Made by a program: the position numbers and the translations under genes. 64,000 nt of DNA from the IMG/VR virus record IMGVR_UViG_3300032038_000031, positions 42,370 to 106,369 of that record. One strand, 5' to 3'. Shown in pieces: positions 19,070-29,858 of this stretch (positions are counted from its first letter, which is position 1; each line of letters begins with the position of its first letter). Under the pieces are notes generated by a model that saw only the letters and a program-made list of their open reading frames with translations, was not told the DNA's origin and did not search any database. The stretch comes from a virus. Taxonomy: Duplodnaviria > Heunggongvirae > Uroviricota > Caudoviricetes.

Positions 19070-19990
19070 TTATTCAAAATATTTTTTAAAAATTTCTTTA
19101 TTTTTTTCTAAATTAGAACGAATAGGGTAAATTAAATATTCTTGTTTATTTGCTCTGCCTTGTCCTAATTTTTTAATTGTGCTTTCTGCTTTTCCATATT
19201 TTTGAGCTATTTTTACTAAACTATCAGGAGAAAAAATAATATCTTTTAAACAAGGAATAATCCAACTTTTATCTGCGCAACCTTTAATTATAAGAGGATA
19301 TTTTTCATTTGGATCAAAATAATATTTCCCCGTATTTATCTTTGATAAAAATCCAGCACTTTTTATATCCCATTTTTTTTGTATTTCAGAATAAGATTTT
19401 CCAGATTTTATATCTTCTTTTATTTTTTTAATATCATCTTTTGTAAATCTTCCTTCTCCTGTGAAGTCTTTTTTTAATGGATAATTTAATTTTGGATTTT
19501 TATAATTGATTCCAGTATTAATATTACTTAAAAAAGTTCTTGTTAATCTTGGATTAAAATATTCAATAATATCATCATATTTTTCTCCATTAATTAATTT
19601 CTTTTGTATTAATTCTATTTCTTCTCCTGTAAAAATTTTACCTCTATCTTTTAATTCATCCCAAGAAAGTTTTTCTCTTAAATGTTCATCTCCACCAAAA
19701 GTAATATTATAACCACCTTGACTAATGTGACTTTTCTTTTCTTTTATCCAATATTGTTCTTTTTCGTTTGCTTCTTCCTGAGTTAAATTTGATTCAATAA
19801 CTTCAAAAGTAAAATTTTCAATTCCATATTTTCTAATGGCATTATGTAAAGGATAATTATAACTATGACTATTTTTATTATAACTATCACTTTTATGACC
19901 ATTAAATCTTTTTTGCAAATTATTGGTTTGTCCAACATACTGATGACCGTTTATTTTATTCGTATAAATATAAATAAATTTATCTCTCAT
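19070..19990 (-). CDS. GIY-YIG homing endonuclease
   Basis: FIYIYTNKINGHQYVGQT... GIY-YIG motifs; paralog of 11592..12512. Confidence 0.8.
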   Translation of the reverse strand: MRDKFIYIYTNKINGHQYVGQTNNLQKRFNGHKSDSYNKNSHSYNYPLHNAIRKYGIENFTFEVIESNLTQEEANEKEQYWIKEKKSHISQGGYNITFGGDEHLREKLSWDELKDRGKIFTGEEIELIQKKLINGEKYDDIIEYFNPRLTRTFLSNINTGINYKNPKLNYPLKKDFTGEGRFTKDDIKKIKEDIKSGKSYSEIQKKWDIKSAGFLSKINTGKYYFDPNEKYPLIIKGCADKSWIIPCLKDIIFSPDSLVKIAQKYGKAESTIKKLGQGRANKQEYLIYPIRSNLEKNKEIFKKYFE

Positions 19991-20054
19991 TTTTCGGTCC
20001 TCCTTTCTACTGTATTTGAAAAACCTATAATCAAATTATCAAGATTTGTCACGA

Positions 20055-20140
20055 GATTTTACCCTCGTTAGCATATATTTCTATCTTTGCCAGAGATATT
20101 AATGAAATATATACCCCCATGATGAGTGGGTTAAGTGTGT
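20055..20140. repeat. intron 5'-region repeat (similar to 47400..47465)
   Basis: cc(c/t)cgttagcatatat...atatacccc(c/t)atgatgagt(g/a)gg(t)taa in dnaE intron C and gyrB intron. Confidence 0.65.
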
Positions 20141-20153
20141 GAGCACCATTACA

Positions 20154-20531
20154 ATGCTAAAGGAATATCCCATTTGCGGTCCAATTCCGCATTTCCAAAT
20201 ATAATTACCTAAACAAGGACTCTTTGCTTGTGCTAAAGTTTTTTCTTTTAATTTAGGAATTTCATTCATCAATTTTTTACCTACAGTTTTACGAGCTTGG
20301 TTAGCTTCAGCTAAACTAAAATTACATATATTAGGATCCATTAACATTAACATTAACTGCTCCTGTGAAGGAGGTACGCCAAAAGAAGACTTAAAGTAAG
20401 GTTCTACAATTTTTTGTTCTTCTTTAGTTAATCCATATTTATCCATTTCTTGATACCATAAATTAATATCTTTTTTAAAACGGATATATTTTTCCATAGG
20501 CGTTTCTTCGCCTTTTTCTGCAGTCATAAGT
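20154..20531 (-). CDS. dnaE: DnaE exon 3 (...EKYIRFKK...SFGVPPSQEQLMLMLMD..FSLAEANQARKTVGKKL...GYSFS); 5' boundary +/-6 nt
   Basis: matches DnaE 'TYGvivYQEQvMqia..GfslgeADlLRRAMGKK' and 'GYGFN'. Confidence 0.65.
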
Positions 20532-21876
20532 CTCATTAATCCATTAGCATCCGATAATTCTAAAATATTTTTTGGCTTTATTTTTTTTGCCGCTTGACTG
20601 CCAACTTCTGATTCAACATTTATATTCGATGAGAGACGCTACTCTCTCACCCGTTCTCTTATGAACTGCTTACAATTTCTTGTAAGATTAGACTATATCT
20701 TCTAAGAATCCCATTTCCACTATCAATCGCTTATAGTGTACTCCCTTTCGGGATAGTCGTTGAACATTAAACTTAACCATTCTTTTATTTCTTCTTCTGA
20801 ATTTGTATAATCAAATTGTTTAAATTTTATATCATTATCTAAACACCATTGCTTTTTTATAGCATCACTTTGTTGAATCTTTTTTAATTTTTCTTCTCCT
20901 CCAAAATGTTCATAAGCTTTAAAGTGTTGTTCACCATGATATTCAATAATATAATTTTGTTCAGGGAGATAAAAATCAAATCTATATGAATGACCATCTA
21001 AAATGAGAGGATATTCTCTAATATATTTAACTTTTAATTCGTCTAAATAATATCCAATTATTTGTTCAAATTTTGAACCTAAATTGCAATATTTACATTT
21101 TATAGGTCCATCAATTAAAGATATTCCCCATCTATAGTCTTCTTTTCCACAGTTAAGACATTTTATTTTATATTTAGAATTGCGATTAGTAAAAACTTCA
21201 TTTTCACATAAAATAAAGTTTTGTTTATTTAAGAAATGCCATTTTTCAATAAATTCACTATTTGTGCAATTTCTTGTAAATTTTTTCTCTGGATTACAGT
21301 TACATTTTTTATGACCATTACTAATATTGCCATAATATTCGTAACTAATTTTTCCGCAATTTAAGCATTTTACTTTTATTGGTTTTTTTGTGTCTATAGA
21401 TTTAGTTTTACTTAATTGATAGCTGTCTTCGTCATTAAAAAGAAAATAATAATGTTTTTTTTGTAAAACTAGATTTATTTTTTCTGCTTTAATTTTTCTT
21501 TTTTGACAAGGACATTTGATTTCTCTCCGAATAAAATTTCTTTTTTCATCCGAATGTTGTTCTCCGCAATAACTACATTGCCAATTAAAAATATCTCGAT
21601 TTTGTAACTTTAGAAAAAAATCTTGATTTTCCATAATAGCTGAGTTATCAGGATTTAATATTATTAATTGTTGCATCCATTATTCACATCCTTTTTTGTT
21701 TCTATATGATGTAAAAAATGGTTAAGTTTCTTTGCTGCGAATTGTCCAATTTTTTTCATTTTTACCATCCAATATTTATTACAATATCTGCTACACTATA
21801 CATCACTGTTAGCTGCGGTAGAAAAAACTTAAGGAGTTTCTCGCAATTAAGGATTTTTTATTTCAGCTTAATTCTC
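20532..21876 (-). mobile_element. group I intron B of dnaE with endonuclease ORF (boundaries +/-6 nt)
   Basis: R element GUUCAACGACUAUCCC (20745-20760) and S element AAGAUAUAGUC (~20690-20705) downstream of ORF; exon homology break at ...DLFQL / LMTAEKG. Confidence 0.6.
20723..21676 (-). CDS. intron-encoded endonuclease: triple Zn-ribbon N-region + PD-(D/E)xK/Vsr-like C-domain
   Basis: three C..C..C..C modules; 'YIIEYHGEQHFKAYEHFGG' shared with 8214..9074. Confidence 0.5.
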   Translation of the reverse strand: MQQLIILNPDNSAIMENQDFFLKLQNRDIFNWQCSYCGEQHSDEKRNFIRREIKCPCQKRKIKAEKINLVLQKKHYYFLFNDEDSYQLSKTKSIDTKKPIKVKCLNCGKISYEYYGNISNGHKKCNCNPEKKFTRNCTNSEFIEKWHFLNKQNFILCENEVFTNRNSKYKIKCLNCGKEDYRWGISLIDGPIKCKYCNLGSKFEQIIGYYLDELKVKYIREYPLILDGHSYRFDFYLPEQNYIIEYHGEQHFKAYEHFGGEEKLKKIQQSDAIKKQWCLDNDIKFKQFDYTNSEEEIKEWLSLMFNDYPEREYTISD

Positions 21877-22085
21877 ATCAACTGAAAGAGGTCAAGAACC
21901 TCATTATTTTCAATAGCTGTCCAAATTTTTGAATCACTCATATCTAAAATTTCAGGATGTAAATATTTATTATATGCTTCTCTTAAAGTCATATTAGGAT
22001 CAATAACTTTATCTTTTTGTAACAATTTAATACATTGAGCAATTTTATCTTGGACTTTTGTTAATAATAGATCATATTTTGTCAT
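21877..22085 (-). CDS. dnaE: DnaE exon 2 (MTKYDLLLTK...EVLDLFQL)
   Basis: joins exon 1 ...CEAAG|MTKYDLLL ~ DnaE 'vEalGLLKMDFLGL'; 'VLDLFQL' ~ 'GVFQLES'. Confidence 0.6.
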
Positions 22086-22099
22086 CGTGTATATCCATT

Positions 22100-22215
22100 A
22101 TTTCTAATGGCACTGACTATATCTTACTTATTATAAAATAATAAGAATACCGTTTCGAACTGCGTACCAATAGCAGTCCTACTCTACTTAATGTAGATAG
22201 TCGATAGGCACATCG
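22100..22215. repeat. intron 3'-region repeat (near-identical to 46262..46374)
   Basis: ctgactatatcttacttattataa...tttcgaactgcgta(c/t)caatagcag(t/c)cctactc shared by dnaE intron A and gyrB intron. Confidence 0.75.
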
Positions 22216-23115
22216 TTAAATATTTGTCCATGTTTTTCTATTTATAATATTTCTAACAGATGTTGTTGATACTTGAGGGTACAACTGATAGATTTTTGAA
22301 TTGCTAACTCCTTCATCGTGGAGTTTTCTAATATTTAAAACATCTTTTTCTGTTAGTTTAGCTCGTCCATTATTAGAACCTGCTTTTTTATTATTTTTTA
22401 TTTGACTATGCTTTTTTCGATTTTCTTCTGAGAACACTTCTGGCATAACCAATTTATATTTATTACCATAATAAATATTCCAAAAACTCCATTTATCTTT
22501 GAACCTGTTTTTATATGGTTTAAAAGCTTGTTCCCAATCAATGCCTTCTGCATACATATTCCTTAATTGCACAACTTCGTTATAAGTTAATTTATTTCGT
22601 GAAGTAAATTGATTAGAAAATTCTGAATTAAATGGATAAATTGGAGTTGAGGTTTTTATATTTTTGTATGTTTTATCTAAATAAACATCTTTAAAGGCTG
22701 CATAAGAAATTTTATCTGAAAATTTTTCATACAATACATATTCAGGAATATCTCTATGGTCTTTTATATATTGAGCTTCTTCATTAGTTAAAACAGCTTT
22801 TCCATTATCTTCACCATATCTTTTTTTAAGTTCAGGCTGAATAAAATTCATACCACCTTTAGCTACATTATAACCATTTGGAACTAAAGTATTTTCCTTT
22901 TCTATATGTTCCTGTTCTAACTTAGATGCTTCTTCAAGCGATAAATTAGAAAATAAAACTTCAAAAATAAAATTATCTACCCCGTATTTTTGAATAGCTT
23001 TTCCAATAACCATTTTTTTATTATATTTATGATTATTCCATCTTTTTTTATAATCATTTGTAATACCAATGTATTTTTTATTATTTTTTTTATTCGTTAT
23101 TCTATATAAAAACAT
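22216..23115 (-). CDS. GIY-YIG homing endonuclease
   Basis: MFLYRITNKKNNKKYIGITNDYKKRWNNH GIY-YIG; RBS AAGGAGAAAG. Confidence 0.8.
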   Translation of the reverse strand: MFLYRITNKKNNKKYIGITNDYKKRWNNHKYNKKMVIGKAIQKYGVDNFIFEVLFSNLSLEEASKLEQEHIEKENTLVPNGYNVAKGGMNFIQPELKKRYGEDNGKAVLTNEEAQYIKDHRDIPEYVLYEKFSDKISYAAFKDVYLDKTYKNIKTSTPIYPFNSEFSNQFTSRNKLTYNEVVQLRNMYAEGIDWEQAFKPYKNRFKDKWSFWNIYYGNKYKLVMPEVFSEENRKKHSQIKNNKKAGSNNGRAKLTEKDVLNIRKLHDEGVSNSKIYQLYPQVSTTSVRNIINRKTWTNI

Positions 23116-23338
23116 TTCTTTCTCCTTTCTTCTAAGATTTTATAAATCTTATTTTATTACCCTCTTAATAAAATAAGTTTTAGTCTGAACAAATTTAACA
23201 ACTTCGCCCGGGATTATCTTCAACTCAACTTGCTAAGACTTCCCCGGTAGCTATATAGGTATTTTTTACTTACAATTTCTTTGCCTATATAACCTCGCTG
23301 GTAAGGCGATTAGATATTATTGGGCTAGACTTTCGTTA

Positions 23339-25246
23339 ACCCGCTGCTTCACACATATGAAGATCATATTGAGTAATAATTTCTCCACTAGGAGTTTTCA
23401 TAAAACAGCCAAATGTATATGGATCTTCATCAAATAAAATAACGCCTGATGCATGAGAACCTCTTTGCTTAATAAGTCCTTCTATGCTGATCATAATTTC
23501 AAACAATCTATCATATTTATTTACTTCATTGATAAATGAAGTTACTGGCTTTCGACCTTTATTAGGATTACCATACATGACATCTTTTAATGTCCATAAA
23601 AATCCTCTTTCTTGTGGAATAAGTGAAGATAAATATTGAGCCGTATCGACATCAATTCCATCTGGATATTTTTCACTCGTATATCCTCGACAAGCTGTTA
23701 AAATAGCACTTTTTGTGCTCTCTGTCCCAAAAGTCGCAATTAAAGTACAACCCAAATTTTTCTTACTTAATTCATCAATTTCTGGAAGAAACTTTGCTCC
23801 TCTTTCTTCTTTAATCTTTTGTAAAATTAAAGGTCTTTTTGATGGACAAAGATCAATATCAATATCGCCTAATTCTGACCGAGCCTTGTTGAGATACCTC
23901 CAGAAAGGAAGCTCCCATTTTATCGGATCAAGCTGTGTGATTCCTAACAAATAATGATTCAACCCTGAACAAGAAGAACCTCTTCCCGCTCCAACAGTAC
24001 TTCCACAATCCCAAAATAAATCTACATAATGTTGTAAAGTAATTGGGTATGAAAACATATTAGTTTCTAGTACTTTACTAATTGTTAATTTAATATCCGC
24101 TTCTTCTTCTAATCTTGATAAATAAATACCATGTAATTGTTTATCAATAACTTTTTGTTTTTCTTTGTCTAACAATGATAAACAACATTCATTAATCCAA
24201 TAACGATGATGTTGATCATCACTACTATTAAGAAAACTTAAAGTAGGGAAATTTTTATTATCAACTAATAAAGAAATATTATTTTTAGGATAATTTTTAA
24301 CCTCTACTTTTGGAATAGTTTGTTTATGTCTTAAACTATAATTTTCGATTTTATCAAAAATTTCCATTGAATTATTACATAATATCTTATATTGTTCTAA
24401 ATCAATTCCACTTGGAATTAAATTTTCTAAAATTTCTTCTTCTTTTTGTAAAAAAGCATATTGATAAAAACTATCAACTTCTCGTTCGCCATTTTTAGAA
24501 TTTAAATACGCTTTATGAACATATCTATCTTCTGGTCTTAAAAAATGTGAGTCTGTACCAATTACAACTTTTAAGCTAAATGACTTTGCTATTGATAATA
24601 GTCTTTTATTTACTTCAATTTGTTCTTTTGATTGCCCTGGAGCAATTTCTATATAAAAATCATCATGAAATAAAGATATGCAAAATAAAATAAATTTTAC
24701 AATCTTGTTATGATATAAAGTAATATCATCTACAATTTGATGTTTTTCTGCTTCTATTAAATTTTTTGTTAATGTTGAAAGCTCTCCACCTAAACAAGCA
24801 GTTGACGCAATTAAACAATTAGGATATTTATTTACAATTTCTTGTAAATCTGAGTATAAAGTAACTACTCTTTCTTGTCCTCTATCAACAAAAGAATTCA
24901 TCCAAGCTCTTGAAGATAATTCTCTTAAAGCTCGATGACCTTTTTTATTTTTTGCTATTAAAATAAAATGATAATATTTTTGACCTTTTTCTCTTGTTTC
25001 ATTTAAATAAATTTCATTACCTAAAGCAATTTTAAAATTTGGATACTTTTTTTGAATTTCTTCACTGTATATATTTACTTCCATATGAGAACATAAGGCA
25101 TCGTGATCTGTAATCGCAATGCCTTTTAATCCTATCTCAATAGCTTTATCAATTAAAGCCTTTGGTTGAGTTATACAATCAAGAAGTCGAAGATTTGAAT
25201 AACAAGTATGAGAATGAATTTCCATTCTTGGAATTATACTATTCAT
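23339..25246 (-). CDS. dnaE: DnaE exon 1 (PHP domain + palm)
   Basis: MEIHSHTCYSNLRLLDCI...ITDHDAL PHP motifs; ends ...TQYDLHMCEAAG. Confidence 0.75.
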
Positions 25247-25274
25247 ATCTTACTCCTTTCATTCTTTATAATAT

Positions 25275-25305
25275 ATTATATCATTTATTTTTAAAAAAAT
25301 CAAAT
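25275..25305 (-). promoter_or_regulatory. phage promoter family copy (TTGATTT-N-TGATATAAT)
   Basis: minus strand reads TTGATTtttttaaaaataaaTGATATAATatat. Confidence 0.5.
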
Positions 25306-25943
25306 TATTTTTTATTTTCTCTACGCAAAAAATGAACAAAAGTATCTTTAGAATTTCTTTTCTTATCCCAATAAAACCAAGCATATGCTTGTGCAGATGC
25401 CATTTTCTGTTTAACATCTCCATTTTTATAACATGCAATTCTATCAACATAGACATATACATCTGAAGGCGGATTTTCTTTAAAAATATTTTTAAATCTT
25501 TTTTCTCCTTCTAAAAATTGTAATCTTCCTAATAAAAGAACACCTGTATTAGCAATTTCTAGAGCTTTCATTGTAAAAGGTTCAATAGTTGCATAAGGCG
25601 GATTCATAATTACATAATCAACATCAGTATATGGATAATCGTCATTTAAGAAATCATATTTAAGTCCAGATTCAATCTTAGGATCATCTGTTCTTTTTTG
25701 AACATCTGTTGCAAATATAGTAGGATAAAAACGCTTTTTTACACAATAATTTTCAATGCCTTTTAGCATATGCCCACCGCCACAGCAAGGCTCTAAAATT
25801 TTAACATCATCTAAAGGAATATTCATTTCAGTTAAAATATTCTCTACTTCTTCGGTTGGCGTTGAATAATAATCAAGTGCATCTCTTTCTTTATGCTTTT
25901 TATCATAACCTGAATATAATCCCTTTTTAGTGTATAAACCCAT
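25305..25943 (-). CDS. N6-adenine (or N4-C) DNA methyltransferase, NPPY class
   Basis: LEPCCGGGHM (motif I) and VIMNPPY (motif IV). Confidence 0.65.
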   Translation of the reverse strand: MGLYTKKGLYSGYDKKHKERDALDYYSTPTEEVENILTEMNIPLDDVKILEPCCGGGHMLKGIENYCVKKRFYPTIFATDVQKRTDDPKIESGLKYDFLNDDYPYTDVDYVIMNPPYATIEPFTMKALEIANTGVLLLGRLQFLEGEKRFKNIFKENPPSDVYVYVDRIACYKNGDVKQKMASAQAYAWFYWDKKRNSKDTFVHFLRRENKK

Positions 25944-25945
25944 AT

Positions 25946-26725
25946 TTATTCTCCTCTATTATCAATTAAATATAGCTTTTCACAAGCTTTAAAATTATTA
26001 TCTTTTCCCGCAGTTCTTTTAGCTTCTTTTTCCCAAATAATAGGAAAATCATCAGGCATATTCTGTTCACTAATAAAAATTGGTACTTTCTTACTAGTTT
26101 CTCTTAGCCAATTATAATAACTATCAAAATCAAATTTTCTATCAATCGCATATGGTTTTGTACCTTTATATGGAGAATCACAATATAAAACAGTAGTATT
26201 TAAATCAAATTTATTTAAATCAATATTTCTATAATCATTATTTAAAAAATGAATTTTATTATAAGATTCTAAATCCTTTTGTTTATTATGATTTCTCCAA
26301 GCTTCTTGGTAATAATTTCTCGTTGCAGTAGGCTTTGCATATCCTCTTGGGAAACCGCCATTAGCAAAAGAACCATACCATTCAATAGCACCAATCTCAA
26401 ATAACGGCATTTTTAATTTAGAAAAATCTTCCCCTTGATCCATTTTTGTTTTCATTTCTTTCCATTCTGTATATGCCTTATCCCAATATTCTCTAGAACC
26501 ATCTGTTGGAATTTTAGAAAAGTCTTCTTGAGCTTGTTTATGTAAAGCAATTAAAGTAGGGGATAAGTCATTTGCATAAACATTATCACAAATAATTTTA
26601 TCTGTTAAATTTGCTCCACCGCAAAAACAATCAATAAAAGTATTTATACCATTTTCTTTAATATAATTATTTATAATTGGTACAATATATTTTGCATATC
26701 GTCTCTTTGAACCCATATAAGTCAT
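25946..26725 (-). CDS. Dam-like (D12 class) N6-adenine DNA methyltransferase
   Basis: MTYMGSKRR N-terminus, FIDCFCGGANL (FxGxG), CDSPY (DPPY). Confidence 0.7.
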   Translation of the reverse strand: MTYMGSKRRYAKYIVPIINNYIKENGINTFIDCFCGGANLTDKIICDNVYANDLSPTLIALHKQAQEDFSKIPTDGSREYWDKAYTEWKEMKTKMDQGEDFSKLKMPLFEIGAIEWYGSFANGGFPRGYAKPTATRNYYQEAWRNHNKQKDLESYNKIHFLNNDYRNIDLNKFDLNTTVLYCDSPYKGTKPYAIDRKFDFDSYYNWLRETSKKVPIFISEQNMPDDFPIIWEKEAKRTAGKDNNFKACEKLYLIDNRGE

Positions 26726-26822
26726 TTTTTGTTCTCCTTTATTTTTTATTATTTATAGTTTACAGTAGAATCGATTTTTAAGTTTCCGTAATAATTATTA
26801 ATATTTTTTATAGTTAAATCAT

Positions 26823-28001
26823 TTATTTTATTAAAACAAGACGGGAAGCTGAACGAGTACATGCAGTGTATAGCCATTTAGCATGTTCTTCTTTTTTAAA
26901 AGGAAAATTTTCTTCAAAAACTAAAACATTATCCCATTGACTACCTTGAGCTTTATGACAAGTAATAGCATAACCATAATCAAATAATTGAGGAATTTTT
27001 ATTCTATCTTGTTTTTTAATTTTTGGTATATCTTGTAAATTAATACTTGATTGTGAATTTTGAAGATATAATTTATCAACAATTATATTTGAAAAATAAT
27101 CGTTATCATCAGTAATTAGCTTCTTTAAAATATATACTGGGAAATCTTTTCTATTTATTCCTATTTTTATAGAAACAATATCTGAATTAAAATCTACTAC
27201 AGTTCCAATCATTCCATTTACAAGAGGTGCTTCATTTTCAGAAAAAATATCCCAATTATTTTGTAAACAAATAATTTTATCATTAGGCAATAGTAAAGAT
27301 TGAGATTGTTCATTTCCAAACTTTAAAAATCTATATTGTTGATTAATATTTTGTCTTGTTTGATTAGTAGCACAAATAATTTGATCTGCCCAAGTATACA
27401 TGCCAAACACTACTTCACTTGAAGGTAAAACTTGTACTTCTGAACCTTTCTGATAAGGAATTTCTTTTCCTTCTCTAATATCCATAGTTAATCTAATAAT
27501 TTCAGATTCTTTTGCTTGTCGCATAATTTCATCTAAAAATACATGCGGATGATCTAATAAATGATTATCAGTTTTTGGATTAATTGGGGGTAACTGAAAT
27601 GGATCTCCAAGCCCCAATAAATAAATATCATAAGATAGTAATTGTTTAATCATTCCTTCAGGAACCATAGATAACTCATCTATAACAACTATATCATACT
27701 CTAAAGTATTTTTAGGTATTCTAGCATATTTGCCATTTGGCATTAATATATTTCTATATAATAATCTATGCAAAGTCATTACATTCTTATTACCTTTTTT
27801 TCTTAACACCTCTGCAGCTTTGCCTGTAAAAGTTGCATATACTACTTTCTTTGGGTCTATCTGAAGAGCTTCAATAATAAATTTAATTAAGACCGTCTTT
27901 CCTGTTCCCGCATAACCTGATATTATTGTATATTTTTCTCCTTGAGCGAAACGAAGTATAGCTTCTTTTAAACCTTGCTCTTGTTTATTGGTTAATTGCA
28001 T
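26823..28001 (-). CDS. Dda/RecD-like SF1 helicase
   Basis: ISGYAGTGKT Walker A, VIDELSMV Walker B, CHKAQGSQWDNV (TVHKSQGSE) C-terminal motif. Confidence 0.7.
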   Translation of the reverse strand: MQLTNKQEQGLKEAILRFAQGEKYTIISGYAGTGKTVLIKFIIEALQIDPKKVVYATFTGKAAEVLRKKGNKNVMTLHRLLYRNILMPNGKYARIPKNTLEYDIVVIDELSMVPEGMIKQLLSYDIYLLGLGDPFQLPPINPKTDNHLLDHPHVFLDEIMRQAKESEIIRLTMDIREGKEIPYQKGSEVQVLPSSEVVFGMYTWADQIICATNQTRQNINQQYRFLKFGNEQSQSLLLPNDKIICLQNNWDIFSENEAPLVNGMIGTVVDFNSDIVSIKIGINRKDFPVYILKKLITDDNDYFSNIIVDKLYLQNSQSSINLQDIPKIKKQDRIKIPQLFDYGYAITCHKAQGSQWDNVLVFEENFPFKKEEHAKWLYTACTRSASRLVLIK

Positions 28002-28052
28002 AACTTTAATTACCTTTCTTCTTTATCTATATATTTCTATTCTTATATTAAT

Positions 28053-28082
28053 ATTATATCATTTTTTTAAAAAAATATCAAA
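28053..28082 (-). promoter_or_regulatory. phage promoter family copy
   Basis: TTGATATttttttaaaaaaaTGATATAAT on minus strand. Confidence 0.5.
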
Positions 28083-29858
28083 TTAAAACATATTACTTGA
28101 AAATTTTATTTTTTCTAAAGTATAATCTTCTAAAAATAACTGAGGATAAGAATTTCCATTCCATTTATTTACTCCACATCGACAAATTGCTACAAGAGTG
28201 GTATTATTAGAAACAGAAAAATCTTCAATTTCTTTTTCTGTGCCATTAAATTTAATAATAGAAATATTATTAGGTAAAGAAATTTTTAAAGTATTTTTTT
28301 TCATAATATAAAAATTAGAAGGAGTTAATTGAGCTTTTACTACAATATAAGGTTTATCTAAATCTTGACCCCAATAATCATTTAAATTAGCTATTTCTAA
28401 AATTGTATCTGCTAATTCTTTATCAGTATCTTTGTATTCATAATCTACATAATAACAGGCTTCAGATGGAATATTTTGTAATTCTTTATTTAAAAAATCA
28501 ACAAAAGTGTCTTTATCTTGTTCTAAAATGCCTAAACCCGCAGCATTATCGTGTCCTTCACAATATAATAAATTTGGAAATTTTTCACATATATCTCTAA
28601 AACTATTTAGCCCAGTTTTTGTATACCCTCTTAAAGAGCCTTCATAAGTTCCTCGATTTGTTAAAGTTAAAATGCAACAAGGTCTTTGATATTTTGCCAT
28701 TAATTTATTTGCTATTAACCCACGAATTTCTGCGGGAATCTCATTAGGTTGTAAATAAAATATTAATACTTTATTTTCTAGCATATTATCTTTTTCAATT
28801 TTTTGATTTAATAATAGTAAACCTTTTTCTTCTTCTCTTGTTTGTCTATTTTTAACATTAGACACTAAACGAACAGCTTGAACTGCTAATATTTCTTTTT
28901 CTCCCTCTTTATGTCCTCTCTTAGTAGATGGAACTTTTTGTAAACCTTTATTATTAAGCATAGACATAAATACTATATTTTTTTCTTCTAATGTTCCACT
29001 ACGAGTTATAGCATTAATAAAAGGAACAATAAACCAAGCAGCACCTATTGGAGTACAAGCTTGTCCTTCAATATTACTTTTATAATTATCTTTGTTTAAT
29101 GAAAAACTGTTTTTATCAATCATATATTCAAGAAAAGGATTACAAATATTTGTTTCTTGGAAACCTTTACGAATTAATTGCTTTGTTTCAATTTCTCGTA
29201 AACTCATCATATCTCCAACTAGGCCAAGAGCTACCAAATCTAAATATTTATTAGCATAGTCTTTATTTATTAGAGAATCTATATATCTACAAAATTGCCA
29301 AGTTATTCCTACTCCTGATAACTCTTTATTTGGATATGAAGATAACTGATTATTAATTATAACTGCATTTTCACTAATTTTATCTGCCAAGTGGTGATCT
29401 AATACTAAAATATCTATACCCGCTTTTTTTAATTGCTCATGCTCTTGATAGTCATTACTAGATGAGTCTGGACAAATAACAAATTCAAAATTTTGCGTTA
29501 AAATAATATTCATCATATCTTCTAATCCATGTTGTTTACTAGAATGCATTTCATAATGAACTTTATTGTCTACCCATAAAGGTCCAATATCATATAAATA
29601 ATTATACAGTAAAGCGGCGCTAGTATATCCATCACAATCACAGTCAACAACTATCAATGTCTTTTTTTGTTTTTTCCAAGCAGAAAGGAGCATCCTTGCC
29701 CCTGCTTTTAAGTTATCTTCTCCCAGTTCTAAAAAATCATTAATATCTGCATCAGTAGAATGAATATATTTATTAATATCTTCAATCCCTCGATTATGTA
29801 AAATAGTTTCTGTAACAGATTGATTTTTATTTTGATTATTCTTTAATATATAGTTCAT
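28083..29858 (-). CDS. RecJ-like DHH-family ssDNA exonuclease
   Basis: VDCDCDGYTSAALL (DHH motif I/II), VLDHHL (DHH), CEGHDNAAGLG (DHHA1 GGH). Confidence 0.65.
   Translation of the reverse strand: MNYILKNNQNKNQSVTETILHNRGIEDINKYIHSTDADINDFLELGEDNLKAGARMLLSAWKKQKKTLIVVDCDCDGYTSAALLYNYLYDIGPLWVDNKVHYEMHSSKQHGLEDMMNIILTQNFEFVICPDSSSNDYQEHEQLKKAGIDILVLDHHLADKISENAVIINNQLSSYPNKELSGVGITWQFCRYIDSLINKDYANKYLDLVALGLVGDMMSLREIETKQLIRKGFQETNICNPFLEYMIDKNSFSLNKDNYKSNIEGQACTPIGAAWFIVPFINAITRSGTLEEKNIVFMSMLNNKGLQKVPSTKRGHKEGEKEILAVQAVRLVSNVKNRQTREEEKGLLLLNQKIEKDNMLENKVLIFYLQPNEIPAEIRGLIANKLMAKYQRPCCILTLTNRGTYEGSLRGYTKTGLNSFRDICEKFPNLLYCEGHDNAAGLGILEQDKDTFVDFLNKELQNIPSEACYYVDYEYKDTDKELADTILEIANLNDYWGQDLDKPYIVVKAQLTPSNFYIMKKNTLKISLPNNISIIKFNGTEKEIEDFSVSNNTTLVAICRCGVNKWNGNSYPQLFLEDYTLEKIKFSSNMF

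Larger units (their letters stand above)
18912..20153 (-). mobile_element. group I intron C of dnaE with GIY-YIG ORF
   Basis: junction GYSFS-I|IHALAY restores 'GYGFNKSHSAAY' spacing; intron ends aataatG; 5' 90 nt homologous to gyrB intron 5' end; R-like gagatagtcgatac at 19038-19056. Confidence 0.65.
22086..23338 (-). mobile_element. group I intron A of dnaE with GIY-YIG ORF
   Basis: exon 1 ends ggT then TAA; intron ends acacG|ATG; 3' ~110 nt near-identical to gyrB intron 3' end. Confidence 0.7.

Noticed and set aside
22140-22200. GC-rich segments with GTTCGAA-like boxes that look tRNA T-arm-like (here and at 46310-46370, 14160-14220)
   Set aside because: They lie at group I intron cores (R/S-like GACUA/UAGUC elements), recur between introns, and no cloverleaf with acceptor and anticodon stems can be drawn. 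I could not support any tRNA gene in the window.
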